From Candidatus Limnocylindrales bacterium (lineage in GTDB: Archaea; Thermoproteota; Bathyarchaeia; Bathyarchaeales; Bathycorpusculaceae), in NCBI GenBank assembly GCA_035319575.1, contig DATHCJ010000049.1, forward strand, positions 110-64,109: 64,000 bases of DNA, in the 5' to 3' direction. How positions within the stretch are numbered: the stretch's first letter is position 1; the number at the start of each line of letters is the position of its first letter. The translations under genes were made by a program, and so were the position numbers. Positions 38,526 to 49,499 of this stretch are shown here, one piece after another. The notes beneath the pieces were generated by a model. That model was given only the letters and a program-made list of their open reading frames with translations, had not been told where the DNA came from and ran no database searches.

Positions 38526-38792
38526 TTAGGGTTTGAGTCTGCTGGATTGGAGAATTGCGTTGCGGAGTACTTTGGCCGTTTTGATGAGGGAGCGGGTCTG
38601 CTTTTCTGTTAAACCCTCAACTTTTCCTTTCTCAAGTCTTTGAATATACTCGCCTAGAGCTTTGGCCGCTTGATAATCGCTTAACGCATTTTCATCGCAT
38701 GTATTAACAGTCACTTCTATCGCCAAGAGAAGTAATACGCCAAACCTCAACATAACTTTTTCAAATGATAACTCAGAACAACTGTTGTTCAC
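38526..38792 (-). CDS. hypothetical protein
   Basis: ORF only; true start probably further downstream. Confidence 0.4.
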   Translation of the reverse strand: MNNSCSELSFEKVMLRFGVLLLLAIEVTVNTCDENALSDYQAAKALGEYIQRLEKGKVEGLTEKQTRSLIKTAKVLRNAILQSSRLKP

Positions 38793-39052
38793 CTAAACAT
38801 TTACGTACAAACAAAAGGCGCATTCTGAAAACAACAAACTGCTGAATTTTAGATATACGATGCAAAGGGTGCCGTAGCCGCGTAGTACAAACAATTTTTC
38901 AAATCTGCAAATGAATTATTCTGCTTCGCTCAAGCATGCCTGAGAGCCTCCCATTGGACTTGAAAGAATGATGTAGGAGAATAATATACGGGTCAGCCCA
39001 GAATGGGGCATCCGAACAGCTGGCTCATGCAAAATCGCCTTTTTTAATTTTT

Positions 39053-39862
39053 TTAGATTTTTGCTGCTGCCTTGAGTTCACTGGCGGTCGCTTCTAAGTC
39101 TTTGAGCATAGCTGAGATGCCGTTTTGGCGTTTTTGAATTAGGTTTATGAAGGCGCTTCCAACGATTACTCCTTCAGCCCCTGCCGAGACTATGCTCGTT
39201 ACATGCTCAGGCTTTGAGACTCCGAAACCCACCGCCAACGGAATTTTCCCAGAGGTGAATGGCAGAACACGTTTGATAAGCTGAATTGTTGAATCTTCCA
39301 CCGCCGGTTTTGCTCCCGTCACCCCGAAATGAGAAACGAGGTAGAGAAAACCTGAAGAACAATCAACTATTTTCACGCGCCGTTCATTGGAAGTGGACGG
39401 CGCCACCAAGAAAATCGTGTCTATGCCAAACTCGGCTGCTGCTTGCCTGTAGTCACCCGCTTCTTCAACTGGCAAATCTGGAACAATAAGACCGTCAACC
39501 ATGCATTCCCTAGCCAAACTACAAAACTTTTCTAAACCGATCCTGAAAACTGGGTTGTAGTACGTCATTATTACAACTGGTACGTCGTGGCTTCTTCGTA
39601 TCTCCCTTGCGATTTGCAGCACTTTAAGCGGCGTTGTTCCCGCAGCTAGAGCTCTAACGCTTGCAGCTTGAACTGTTGGTCCGTCAGCAATCGGGTCAGA
39701 AAACGGCAACCCAAGCTCCAGAACGTCAACGCCGCCCCTGATTAAGGCGTCGGCGATTTTGCTTGTAAGGTCTGGCGTCGGGTCTCCAGCCGTAACGTAA
39801 GCTATGAGAGCGCCATTTCCACGCGCTTTTGTTTTTTGGAATGCTTCTTTTATCGCGTTCAT
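39053..39862 (-). CDS. trpA: tryptophan synthase alpha
   Basis: [26 protein letters not shown]. Confidence 0.97.
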   Translation of the reverse strand: MNAIKEAFQKTKARGNGALIAYVTAGDPTPDLTSKIADALIRGGVDVLELGLPFSDPIADGPTVQAASVRALAAGTTPLKVLQIAREIRRSHDVPVVIMTYYNPVFRIGLEKFCSLARECMVDGLIVPDLPVEEAGDYRQAAAEFGIDTIFLVAPSTSNERRVKIVDCSSGFLYLVSHFGVTGAKPAVEDSTIQLIKRVLPFTSGKIPLAVGFGVSKPEHVTSIVSAGAEGVIVGSAFINLIQKRQNGISAMLKDLEATASELKAAAKI

Positions 39863-41055
39863 ATTTTAGCCCCTAAGTAGTCAGCTACTGTCTCGACGTC
39901 CTTGTCTCCCCGTCCTGACAGGGTCACCACGATTGACTGGGTCTTCTTCATTTTTGGAGCAAGCTTCATGGCGAAAGCTAGCGCGTGGGATGATTCCAAG
40001 GCGGGTAGGATTCCTTCTTCTCTGGACAGGGTGAGGAAAGCGTCTATGGCCTCCTTGTCTGTAGCAGAAACGTACCGTGCCCTTTCTAGCGTTTTAAGGA
40101 AGGAGTGTTCAGGTCCAACGCCTGGGTAATCTAAACCTGCTGAAACGCTTCTTGTATTCTGGATTTGCCCGTTGCTGTCTTGCAGGACGTAGGTTAACAT
40201 GCCGTGGAAGACTCCCTCTGCTCCTGCGCCAAGCGACGCGGCGTGTTTACCCGTTTCTAAGCCTTCGCCTGCCGCTTCCACCCCGTAAAACGCCACTTCC
40301 GCGTCGTCAACGAACGGGTAGAAGGTGCCGATGGCGTTGCTCCCGCCGCCTACGCAGGCAACCAACGCATCGGGAAGCTTGCCTTCTTTCTTGCCGAATT
40401 GCTCTTTTAGTTCCTTCCCGATAACGCTTTGGAAATCACGCACAATCATCGGATACGGGTGAGGGCCAACGACAGAGCCAATCAAGTAATAGGTGCTCTG
40501 AAGGTTGGTTACCCAATCCCGGAAGGCTTCGTTTATCGAGTCCTTAAGCGTCTTTGAGCCTGTTTTAACGGGATGCACCTGTGCATTGAGAAGTTTCATG
40601 CGAAAAACGTTCAGCCGTTGCCGGTTGCAGTCTTCAGTGCCCATATAGATTTCGGCTTTCAAGCCTAAAGTAGCGCATGCAATGGCTGTTGCCACTCCAT
40701 GCTGCCCCGCTCCTGTCTCGGCGATTACCCGCGTCTTCCCCATCCGTTTAGCCAACAGCGCCTGCCCAAGTGTGTTGTTTATTTTGTGTGCTCCGCCGTG
40801 AGCTAAGTCTTCACGTTTAAGGTAGATCTTGGCGCCGCCCAGTCTGCAGGTTAAGTTTTCAGCGTAATAGAGCGGTGTTGGTCGCCCAACGAACTCCGCC
40901 AAGTAATAATCCAGCTCTTTTTGGAAGTTCGGGTCTTTCTTGGCTCTCTCGTAGGCTTCTTCCAGCTCCTTAATCGCCGCCATTAGGATTTCTGGAACGA
41001 AGCGTCCGCCGTATTTGCCGTATTTTCCGTCAACTGGATAGTTGCTTATTTTCAT
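39859..41055 (-). CDS. trpB: tryptophan synthase beta
   Basis: [28 protein letters not shown]. Confidence 0.97.
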   Translation of the reverse strand: MKISNYPVDGKYGKYGGRFVPEILMAAIKELEEAYERAKKDPNFQKELDYYLAEFVGRPTPLYYAENLTCRLGGAKIYLKREDLAHGGAHKINNTLGQALLAKRMGKTRVIAETGAGQHGVATAIACATLGLKAEIYMGTEDCNRQRLNVFRMKLLNAQVHPVKTGSKTLKDSINEAFRDWVTNLQSTYYLIGSVVGPHPYPMIVRDFQSVIGKELKEQFGKKEGKLPDALVACVGGGSNAIGTFYPFVDDAEVAFYGVEAAGEGLETGKHAASLGAGAEGVFHGMLTYVLQDSNGQIQNTRSVSAGLDYPGVGPEHSFLKTLERARYVSATDKEAIDAFLTLSREEGILPALESSHALAFAMKLAPKMKKTQSIVVTLSGRGDKDVETVADYLGAKI

Positions 41056-41831
41056 TTTGTGTTCACGAACTCCTTAACTTTTTCTTCAATGTTATCGTTT
41101 GACATTACGGCTGACCCGATAAGGAAAGCCTGTGCACCGCTTTCACGGAGGAAACGTATGTCTGAGGGCGTTTTTATTCCGCTTTCACTTATGACTAATT
41201 TGCCGTTTGAATCATTTTTCCTTAAAATTTCCCTTGTTACCTTCAAATCTACCTTTAATGTTCCAAGGTTACGGTTATTTATCCCAATCAAATCGGCATC
41301 TGTTTTCACAGCTGACTGAAACTCCGATGTCGTATGTGTTTCAAGCAAAACCTCAAGACCTAACATGTGAGCCCCAGCTACCATTTCATCAAGGCTCTTT
41401 TCGCAGTATCCTCGGTCAAAAAGCGTTTTAATCAACAGCACTGCGTTAGCTCCCATTTTCTCTGAAGTGTAAACTTGTGATGGGCTAAGGATGATGTCTT
41501 TCATGAGAATCGGAAGTTTAACGGCTTTTCTTGCATCAGCGAAAGCTTCTAAAGAGCCGCCGAATTGCTTCGGCTCGGTTAGCACGGATAAGCCTGTGGC
41601 TCCGCCCCTTTGCATCGCCTTCGCAACCTCCCCTGCTCTAAAATCCTTCTTGATTACACCAGCTGATGGGGAAGCGGCTTTGATCTCAGTTATGACCGGC
41701 AACAGTTGGCACTCTAAAATCGCTTTCCTCAAGCTGAGATGCATGCTTTCGGCTGGTTTTGCATTATCGTAGTATTCACTCCCGATGGTCGCCTGGGCGA
41801 CACGCGCCAGCACATCAAGGTAATCACTCAT
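41052..41831 (-). CDS. trpC: indole-3-glycerol phosphate synthase
   Basis: [26 protein letters not shown]. Confidence 0.96.
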   Translation of the reverse strand: MSDYLDVLARVAQATIGSEYYDNAKPAESMHLSLRKAILECQLLPVITEIKAASPSAGVIKKDFRAGEVAKAMQRGGATGLSVLTEPKQFGGSLEAFADARKAVKLPILMKDIILSPSQVYTSEKMGANAVLLIKTLFDRGYCEKSLDEMVAGAHMLGLEVLLETHTTSEFQSAVKTDADLIGINNRNLGTLKVDLKVTREILRKNDSNGKLVISESGIKTPSDIRFLRESGAQAFLIGSAVMSNDNIEEKVKEFVNTK

Positions 41832-42885
41832 ACTTTGCCTCTAACTCCTCAATTTTCGACAGGTTTCCGCCCGAAGCCGATATCAAAGTTTTGAGTTTAC
41901 TGTATGCTGCTCCGCTTTCGATTGACTCTTGGGCTATTTCCATGCCCACTTTAAAGTCCTCGGCTTTTCCACCCACAATGATGCCCGCAGCGCTGTTGAC
42001 GAGCGTAAACTCCATTTTTGGATCATTAACGGCGAGCTTGCCGCTGAGTATCCTAAAGAAAGTTTCAACGCTTTCCTCAATCGTCGCTACTTTGAAATCG
42101 GCGACGTTTGCCTGCTTTACCCCAAAGTCGCTTGGGCCTACTTCGAACTCCGTGACTCCTCCCTCTTTTAACCAGGCAACCGCTGTTTTTCCAACTGTTG
42201 AAATCTCATCTAAGCCGTCTAATCCGTGAACGACCATGGCTTCCTCGCAGCCCAGTCGACTTAACGCGTAAGCCAGCGGAGAGGTCAATTTAGCGTCGTA
42301 AACGCCGAGCAGCTGAGCGTTAGCGGATGCGGGGTTAGTTAATGGTCCCAGAAGGTTGAACACCGTTCGAATGCCTATTTCCCGTCTTGGCTCAGCCGCG
42401 TACTTCATAGCTGGATGGAACGCTGGAGCAAACATGAAGCCTATCCCCACCTTTTCTATCATGCCTTTAACTCTTTCCGGCTCCAAATATAGGTTAAGAC
42501 CAAGCTTTTCCAGCACGTCGGCGCTTCCGCTTCTGCTGGTCACGGACCTGTTCCCATGCTTAGCAACCGAAATGCCTGCTCCAGCGACGATGAAGGCGGC
42601 TGCCGTGCTCACGTTGAAAGTTTTTATTTTGTCTCCCCCAGTCCCGCAGGTGTCTACAAGGCGGCCTGGCACGTGGGGATGTATTTGGCTGCTGTGCTCG
42701 CGCATGACCGATGCGAAAGCAATTAGCTCCTCGACTGCTTCGCCTTTCATTCGCAACGCGGTTAAGAAAGCGGCTGTCTGCGAGTTCGTTGCTTTTCCCG
42801 ACATGACTTCACGCATGATTTCGCCTGACTCGTCGATTGTTAGGCTGAAACCCTCGATGAGTTTCTGTATGCCTTCCCGAATCAT
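41824..42885 (-). CDS. trpD: anthranilate phosphoribosyltransferase
   Basis: DTCGTGGD, KHGNRSVTSRSGSAD. Confidence 0.97.
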   Translation of the reverse strand: MIREGIQKLIEGFSLTIDESGEIMREVMSGKATNSQTAAFLTALRMKGEAVEELIAFASVMREHSSQIHPHVPGRLVDTCGTGGDKIKTFNVSTAAAFIVAGAGISVAKHGNRSVTSRSGSADVLEKLGLNLYLEPERVKGMIEKVGIGFMFAPAFHPAMKYAAEPRREIGIRTVFNLLGPLTNPASANAQLLGVYDAKLTSPLAYALSRLGCEEAMVVHGLDGLDEISTVGKTAVAWLKEGGVTEFEVGPSDFGVKQANVADFKVATIEESVETFFRILSGKLAVNDPKMEFTLVNSAAGIIVGGKAEDFKVGMEIAQESIESGAAYSKLKTLISASGGNLSKIEELEAKYE

Positions 42886-43469
42886 CGCCGCCTGCCACCC
42901 AAGAAGTTCTTAATAATAAGCTTGCCCTCCTCGCACAGGATGGATTCAGGATGGAATTGCACGCCATCAATAGGATACTTGACGTGGCGGACGCCCATGA
43001 TTTCCCCGTCATCGATGCATTCCGCTGAAATTTCAAGGCATGATGGGATAGAGTTTCGTTCTCCAGCGAGCGAATGGTACCTTGTTGCTGTAAAGGGGTT
43101 GCGAACGCTTGTGAAGATGCCTTTTTGGTCATGCTTTATGCTGCAGGTTTTCCCGTGCATGAGCCTCTTAGCATGGACGATTTTTCCGCCATAAGCGTGA
43201 AATATTCCTTGATGACCAAGACAAACGCCTAAAGTTGGAACCGTATGGCTCATGGTTTGTAGGATTTTTGTGCAAACACCAAAGTACCTTTCGTCCTCTG
43301 GCGTTCCTGGGCCTGGCGAAATCACGATTCTGTCCGGTTTAAGCTGGATTAGCCGTTCCATGGTGACTCGGTCGTTTCTATAAACTACCGGTTCTGCGCC
43401 CTGTTCGCCGATGTACTGGACAAGGTTGTAGACGAACGAGTCGTAATTGTCGATTACCAGCACTTTCAC
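42882..43469 (-). CDS. trpG: anthranilate synthase component II
   Basis: IDNYDSF, GVCLGHQ, QFHPES. Confidence 0.97.
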   Translation of the reverse strand: MKVLVIDNYDSFVYNLVQYIGEQGAEPVVYRNDRVTMERLIQLKPDRIVISPGPGTPEDERYFGVCTKILQTMSHTVPTLGVCLGHQGIFHAYGGKIVHAKRLMHGKTCSIKHDQKGIFTSVRNPFTATRYHSLAGERNSIPSCLEISAECIDDGEIMGVRHVKYPIDGVQFHPESILCEEGKLIIKNFLGGRRR

Positions 43470-44879
43470 TTTTCTATGCCTCCAGCCAGTTCAAGCGCCT
43501 GCATCAGCGCCTTTGCTTTGTGCTCAGTTTCAAACCATTCTCGCTCCGGTACTGAATCAGCCACGACTCCCCCGCCAGCCTGAATATACGCTCGGTTCTT
43601 GTCAGCGAAGAGAGTGCGGATGGTTATGGCGAAGTCGGCGTTGCCGTTGTATGAGAAGTACCCTATGGCGCCAGCGTATGGTCCGCGCCTTACGGGTTCC
43701 AGTTCATCGATAATTTCCATGGCTCGCACTTTTGGCGCCCCAGAAACCGTTCCAGCGGGAAAAATCGCTCTCAACGCGTCATAGCTTTTAAGGTCATCTC
43801 TAAGTTCTCCCACCACTCTGGAGACGATGTGTTGCACGTGGCTGTACTGGTGAACTTTTATGAACTCTGGCACTTGAACGCTTCCATACTTGCTGATTCT
43901 TCCAACGTCGTTGCGTGCCAAATCAACAAGCATCACGTGTTCGGCACGTTCTTTGGGATCGGCAAGCAACTCAGACGTTAACATGCTGTTTTCGTCGGGG
44001 TCCTTAGTGACTGGCCGGGTGCCTGCAATCGGGAATGTTTCAACACTTCCGTTTTCAACCCTGACAAGCATTTCTGGGCTAGCCCCAACGACTTGCCTTT
44101 CCCCTGACTTGTAATAATACATGTAAGGTGAAGGGTTAATGGTTCTTAACGCCTGATAAAACGGGATTAGATTGCCCTTTATTTGGAATTGGTACCGTTT
44201 GGATGGGACAACTTGGAAAATGTCTCCAGCGGCTATGTATGCTTTCGCTTTTTCCACTGCTGCTTCATAGGCTTCTTTTTTAATGTTCACCTTAGGCTGC
44301 GTGGACATTAACTGTTGAGGCTCAACTGGCTGCTTAAGGAGACTTTCAACTTCGCGCAGGCGGTTCTCACCGCGATAATAGTAGAATGCTTGCTTCTTTG
44401 CATGGTTGAAAACGAAGCCGTCGTCAAAAATGCCCATTTCCAAGTCGGGAAACCTAAGGTCGTCCTTGCTGTTTTGAGGTAAGCGTTCCCAGTAACGGAC
44501 CGCGTCGTAAGAGACGTAGCCGACCGCTCCGCCGATAAATCGGAATTCACTGTTTGAAACCGCTTGGTCTTGGAGAAGGTGCTCTAAAGTTTGGAGTGGG
44601 TCGCTTGTTTTCTCTGTGGTCGTTTCTCCAGTTAGTTCGTTTTTAATTTCGGCTTTGCCGTTTTTGGCTCTGATGGTTATTTTCGGGTCGTACCCAATGA
44701 ATGAGTACTGCGTGAGTTTTTTTGGTCCTTCGATTGATTCTAAAAGGTAAGCGGTTCGGTATCGTTTTTGGAGTTTTGAGAATATTTCGAGGGGTTGTTG
44801 CGCGATGGTGATTTTCCTGATCTTTAGGGGGTTAGCTGGTTTGGTTTGTGTGGCTTTTGTGCCAAAGTTGATTCCCCAT
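43466..44879 (-). CDS. trpE: anthranilate synthase component I; needs a frameshift or non-canonical start near the 5' end
   Basis: Frame open from 44863 (AYLLESIEG..QYSFIG, FIGGAVGYVSYD) into ORF 43466-44443 (EHVMLVDLARND), with no ATG/GTG/TTG in frame before 44443; ATG 44879 is in another frame. Confidence 0.9.
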
Positions 44880-44955
44880 TTTGGTCAGTGCTCCGGTATG
44901 GTTCAGAAGCATACGTGAATGCATTATTTAAGGCTTATGTGTACGAAAATGTACT

Positions 44956-45294
44956 TCAACCCGTCGGCTTTAGAACAGCATTCATCCAATCCAAATAAGC
45001 CTTCGATGCGTCAACAACAGAAAGGGCCAAAACCTCCGGAACCTCGTAGCTATGCAAATGTTTGACACTCTCCGAAACCTGTCCGAACAGGTCTCTGCGT
45101 GACTTCATAACAATCAAGCATTCCTCAGCCTTCTCAGTTTGACCCGACCAATGAAAAAACGACGTAAAAGGACCAAGGATGTTTGCACAAGCAATCAAAC
45201 GTTCCTGCAGAAGCGACTGCGAAATTTTTTCTGCTTCCTGCTTATCTTTCGTGGTAACCATTATGATGATGTAATCATTCAACGCTTTCACCAA
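44956..45294 (-). CDS. cutA: divalent-cation tolerance protein CutA
   Basis: LIACAN, FHWSG, HSYEVPE, YLDW. Confidence 0.92.
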   Translation of the reverse strand: MVKALNDYIIIMVTTKDKQEAEKISQSLLQERLIACANILGPFTSFFHWSGQTEKAEECLIVMKSRRDLFGQVSESVKHLHSYEVPEVLALSVVDASKAYLDWMNAVLKPTG

Positions 45295-45415
45295 GCAGAA
45301 GTTGTTTTTTACAGATAAAAACTTGCGTGTAATTCCGAAGCTTCTCTCTCAACACGGCGAATGCTCAAGAGATTTAAGTTTCCGTTGGATAATATTTTCA
45401 GGTGAGGGAGTCCTC

Positions 45416-45916
45416 TTGAAAGAAGAACAATTCAAAGTTTTGAAAACGCTGGTTGAAGCCACAAGCCGCATGGACGTAAACCTGTTTGCAGAAAAAGTCA
45501 ATTTAACCCCGGATCAAACGATAGCTGTAATCCAAGAACTAGCTAAAGACGGTTTTCTGCAGAGGGTTGGAGGAGGGTTCGGCATAACTAAAAAAGGAAA
45601 AGCAGTTCTCAAAGCATTTACGCCTGCTCCGAAAGGGTCGGGTTTCCACTTTTACTATGGCGTCGATCAACCCTCAGACTTTACCGCAGAATCGCTGGAA
45701 CAGTTTTATAGCATTATCAAACAAATCAGCCCAGAATCTCTTGAATTCCACGTTTACCGAGGCGACTTTGAAAACTGGCTTAAAGAAGCATGCAAGGATC
45801 CAGAGCTTGCCAGCGAAATCGAGCGTGTCAAGGCTGCTGATTTGAAGGCTGAAGATCTTAGAAAAGAACTCTTGAAAGTAATTAATGCAAAGTCTGGCAT
45901 AGAAGAGTTGCTGTAG
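45416..45916 (+). CDS. winged-helix plus DUF5752-like domain protein
   Basis: GGTGAGGGAG SD and TTG start; FHFY...SLEFHVYRGDFENWL. Confidence 0.7.
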   Translation: MKEEQFKVLKTLVEATSRMDVNLFAEKVNLTPDQTIAVIQELAKDGFLQRVGGGFGITKKGKAVLKAFTPAPKGSGFHFYYGVDQPSDFTAESLEQFYSIIKQISPESLEFHVYRGDFENWLKEACKDPELASEIERVKAADLKAEDLRKELLKVINAKSGIEELL

Positions 45917-45919
45917 CTT

Positions 45920-46384
45920 CTACGTTTTTGCTGGCGACTGGTTTAGCTTGATCCACCAATCAGGAACGCGAGCGCTCGGGACGTTGTCCCAGTAGTCGAA
46001 GGGCTTGATGTCCAACACTGGAGTGCCGTCATAAGCGTCTAAGCCGCGAACCGTCAAAACATTACCTTCAACTTTAACCAGCTCAACCAACGTTAGGCCG
46101 ATGGGGTTTGGTCGCAGGTTGGTTCTGAGCGCGAAAACGCCCAGCAAGGGCATGTCCATTCTGCCTCTTGGATGAAACTTCAAAGCCCGATGCTGGTCGG
46201 CTACTTGGTTGAGCCAAAAGATGACAAACACGTGTGAAAAACCGTCCACGCCATCTAAGGCTTCAATTAAGTCCTCTTGAAGAACGATTTGGGAGATTCT
46301 GTTTTTGTCTTTAACCTCATTCCCGACCGCGTCAGTTTTGACGTAGCCTATTGGGCTTAAAATGATTTGCTTTTGAAAAGACAT
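45920..46384 (-). CDS. tsaA: tRNA m6t6A37 methyltransferase TrmO/TsaA
   Basis: PIGYV, GVFALR...RPNPIGL, GLDAYDGTPVLDIKP. Confidence 0.92.
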   Translation of the reverse strand: MSFQKQIILSPIGYVKTDAVGNEVKDKNRISQIVLQEDLIEALDGVDGFSHVFVIFWLNQVADQHRALKFHPRGRMDMPLLGVFALRTNLRPNPIGLTLVELVKVEGNVLTVRGLDAYDGTPVLDIKPFDYWDNVPSARVPDWWIKLNQSPAKT

Positions 46385-46753
46385 CGGTTGTCCGCTCAGT
46401 ATTTCTGTGGGCTGCGAGAGTATTTAAGCGTTCGATTAGGCTGGCTGAGACAGTGGAATAGGGTTCGTTCTTGTTTTTTGGAGGGGTACCGAAGATTTCA
46501 AACACCGTGATCATAGGACGATTGTCAGCTTTGTTCTTATCATTTGGTTTTGTCCCTGACTATCTGGATTGGGCGCGTGTTTTGAATAGCCTCTTTCAAG
46601 GAGTTTTTCATTTCATTTTTCGTTGGCGGCGTTTTGTACTCAGGTAGGTATTTGGCTAGCCTGCTAAAACTTGCTACGACGGTTTGACGGGAAGAGACAT
46701 CCTGAAAAGATTTAAGCTAACGCAAAATAGTTATCATCATTACATTTGCGAGA

Positions 46754-47443
46754 GTGTTTGTCATGCTGCGTATTGGGCATAGGGGCGCAAGGGCTTACGC
46801 GCCTGAAAATACTATCGCCGGTTTTGAGAAGGCGCTCGAAATCGGCGTAGACGCAGTCGAATTGGACGTTCGAAAAACTAAGGATAATCAGCTTGTTGTT
46901 ATTCACGATGAAGATGTTAAGCGGACGACTAACTGCGAAGGTTTGGTCAGTGAGCTCACGCTTAAAGAAATCAAAGGTTTTTCAACCGAGGGGGGCGAGA
47001 AGATTCCAACGTTGGAGGAAGCGCTGGATTTTTTGGACAAGAAAGTTAAGGTTTTCATCGAACTGAAAGAGTTGGGCTTGGAGCCGCAGGTGCTCTCCAT
47101 CGTGCACGTTAAACACGTAGAGAAAAACGTCGTGATCGTTTCTTTCCTTGAAGACGCGCTGAAGAAAGTTAGGGAACTGGATAAGGATGTAGAGACGGGG
47201 TTAATCTACGCTGAGCATAAGAACCCAGTTAAAGCGGCGTTGGAGTTGAAGGCGAACTATCTTCTGGCCTTATACAGGTTTGTCCATACGGCTAATGTTG
47301 CAAAAGCACACGAGAACGGTTTAAAAGTGATAGTTTGGACGATAAACAGCCCTCAGGAAGTTGAGGAATATACAGCGAAAGGCGTAGACGGCATAACCAG
47401 TGACAGGCCAGATATACTGACGCAGGCTGACGCTAAGGCTTAG
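46754..47443 (+). CDS. glycerophosphodiester phosphodiesterase
   Basis: GHRGA..APENT, ELDV, HD, WTIN, GVDGITSD. Confidence 0.93.
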   Translation: MFVMLRIGHRGARAYAPENTIAGFEKALEIGVDAVELDVRKTKDNQLVVIHDEDVKRTTNCEGLVSELTLKEIKGFSTEGGEKIPTLEEALDFLDKKVKVFIELKELGLEPQVLSIVHVKHVEKNVVIVSFLEDALKKVRELDKDVETGLIYAEHKNPVKAALELKANYLLALYRFVHTANVAKAHENGLKVIVWTINSPQEVEEYTAKGVDGITSDRPDILTQADAKA

Positions 47444-48366
47444 TGCGTGACGACAGGCGCTTTTAGAACCAGCTCGATCTTTTCTGTCTCTGCACGGCTC
47501 TCATCATTTAAAGGCGTTAGTCGTATTTCAGCGGCTGATTTCACTCCGAAACCCAGTTCTGCCGCCCGCTTAAGTTGGTCTTGCTCAAAGATTTCTGCTT
47601 CGCCGACCTTGCCTTTTGCCCCGTACATTTTGAGAAGCGCTACTCCAACTGCGTCGATGGCTACTCGGTCACGACTTGCCAACAGAAGGTTAGGCTCAAC
47701 AAGTGTTCCCTTGTCAGGTCCTCCTGTTACGAAGGCTTTTATTCCGTCCATCAGAACAAAGTCCACGCTGTAGTTGTCGTTTATTTCAGCAATCATTTTA
47801 CGCTGGTTTGGTGACGTGTGTAACTCCCACATGTAATCGTAAATCCCTCCTGGAACACGCTTTGCCACTAAACCCACCGAGTTTTTCATAGACAACGTGA
47901 AGTGACCGCCGAACCTGTGCGTTTTTAGGCAGCATGTTTGAACTACTTTGTCGGCGTCTTGGAAGACTTTAGCCATATAAAACCCTCTAACCCAGTGAGT
48001 CCCATCTTTCTCAACCTTTACCCAATCCTGCTTGCCAACGTCGTTTAAAACAACAGCTTTGAATCCCAGCTCGTTTGCTAGAGCCAGAACACCCATTTCT
48101 TCCAGGACCTCCTCCGTGTTGCCCATGCCGCTGCGTTCAGCCATGGTTATGCTGCTTGCCCCTGAGTTTTTCAATCCTTGCACTAGGGCTCTCAGCGTGT
48201 CAAGGTGAGTTGACGCTGGAAACGGGTCAGCACTGTTATAGTTAGCCTTCAAGGCCACGTCCTTTCCAGAGTAGCCGGTCAAATCAAGCTTCTCGAGCAG
48301 CGCAGGAACTCCTTTTGCCCTGTCCGCTGTTTTCAAAACAAAAACTTCACCTAAAAAATTCATCAC
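47440..48366 (-). CDS. DUF362 domain protein
   Basis: LKANY, LKTH..HFTLSMKN, DRVAIDAV. Confidence 0.85.
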   Translation of the reverse strand: MMNFLGEVFVLKTADRAKGVPALLEKLDLTGYSGKDVALKANYNSADPFPASTHLDTLRALVQGLKNSGASSITMAERSGMGNTEEVLEEMGVLALANELGFKAVVLNDVGKQDWVKVEKDGTHWVRGFYMAKVFQDADKVVQTCCLKTHRFGGHFTLSMKNSVGLVAKRVPGGIYDYMWELHTSPNQRKMIAEINDNYSVDFVLMDGIKAFVTGGPDKGTLVEPNLLLASRDRVAIDAVGVALLKMYGAKGKVGEAEIFEQDQLKRAAELGFGVKSAAEIRLTPLNDESRAETEKIELVLKAPVVTH

Positions 48367-48490
48367 AAAGACACTTCAATAAAACTTAAAGCGGCTGGTT
48401 TGTTATTAATTTTTCACTGCATTAAGGTTAAACAACGAGACCGTAAGCTCTATATTATCCAGTGAAGCCATTTTCAAAAGCAAGCCAAGC

Positions 48491-48568
48491 GGGCCCGTAG
48501 CTCAGTCAGGCCAGAGCGGCGGACTCTTAATCCGTAGGCCGCGGGTTCAATTCCCGTCGGGCCCGCCA
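48491..48568 (+). tRNA. tRNA-Lys(CTT)
   Basis: GGGCCCG acceptor, GCGGA-CT-CTT-AA-TCCGT, GGTTCAATTCC, encoded CCA. Confidence 0.95.
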
Positions 48569-48673
48569 AATTTTGTTGGTTATAGTGAAATTGCAAGAGT
48601 GTTTGAAAGCGAACGCTTTTATGCAATAAACAGCTTAGACTTAAGTTGTCGGTGAAATTCTCTGAACTTTTAT

Positions 48674-49084
48674 TTGTTACTTGGAACCGTAAGTTTGGCT
48701 TTTCAGTTTGCGATTTTGGCTTTGCTTATCAGGAGCTTTGAATTAAAACAACATTTGAAGTTTCGCATGCATGGTATCACTATGGTGATAGCTTTTGTCG
48801 TTCATTTAATAACTGTCGGGGCTGTTATGGTGCCGTCATTCGTGGTCGGCTTAATTCCGAAAATCTCAGAGAAACCCACAAGCGTGATTGCCTTGTCTTC
48901 GATTTTTATGGCAGCCGTAGGCACAGCAACCGTCATCTTGGCCGTCTGGATTCTTGGTGCGTGGCGTCTGAGACAGTCGACGAAGTTTTGTGCGCCTAAA
49001 AAAAAGCTTATGCGCATCACTTTCATCCTGTGGCTCGTATCGCTTTGCCTGGGTATAATACTGTACTTTATTCTTTACTGGTAA
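48674..49084 (+). CDS. DUF420-like membrane protein
   Basis: Four TM helices, H..M motif, LWLVSL..GI..Y. Confidence 0.65.
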   Translation: MLLGTVSLAFQFAILALLIRSFELKQHLKFRMHGITMVIAFVVHLITVGAVMVPSFVVGLIPKISEKPTSVIALSSIFMAAVGTATVILAVWILGAWRLRQSTKFCAPKKKLMRITFILWLVSLCLGIILYFILYW

Positions 49085-49287
49085 TCCTTGGTCGGTTAAA
49101 TCCGTTTGAAAGCTTTGAAAAAACGTTAGAGTAGATAGTTATGTGGCCCGTCGCAGTAACGTCCCGATTGTTTACATGCTTCTTGGAAGACATTTTCTTT
49201 AGAAGAAGTAGGAGCTTGATTTTGCATTTTTTGAGCAATTTGCTTTGTGTTGTTTTTTTGAAGCACAGCTTAAATCATCTGGAGGTT

Positions 49288-49327
49288 GCGTCAATAAACG
49301 TCAACAAGCGTCAATAGGCGTCAATAG
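49288..49327. repeat. four tandem 10-bp repeats (RCGTCAAYAR)
   Basis: gcgtcaataa acgtcaacaa gcgtcaatag gcgtcaatag. Confidence 0.8.
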
Positions 49328-49499
49328 AAGTTATGAAACATTGCTAAATTTCAGTGCAAGTTAGCCGAACAAGTAGCAGATCCGTTTCCGTCGTTATCAA
49401 CTGGCAGCAATCGATTTTTGACAGAAAATACAGCAACCGAAAACTTGTAAGAACCGACCAGAGAACAATTTAAATAGAATGACTACTGAAACTTGAAGA

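Noticed and set aside
39286-44550. Numerous antisense and alternate-frame ORFs over the trp genes (likewise over uvr, selB and hdrA)
   Set aside because: Shadows of well-supported genes with no recognisable motifs
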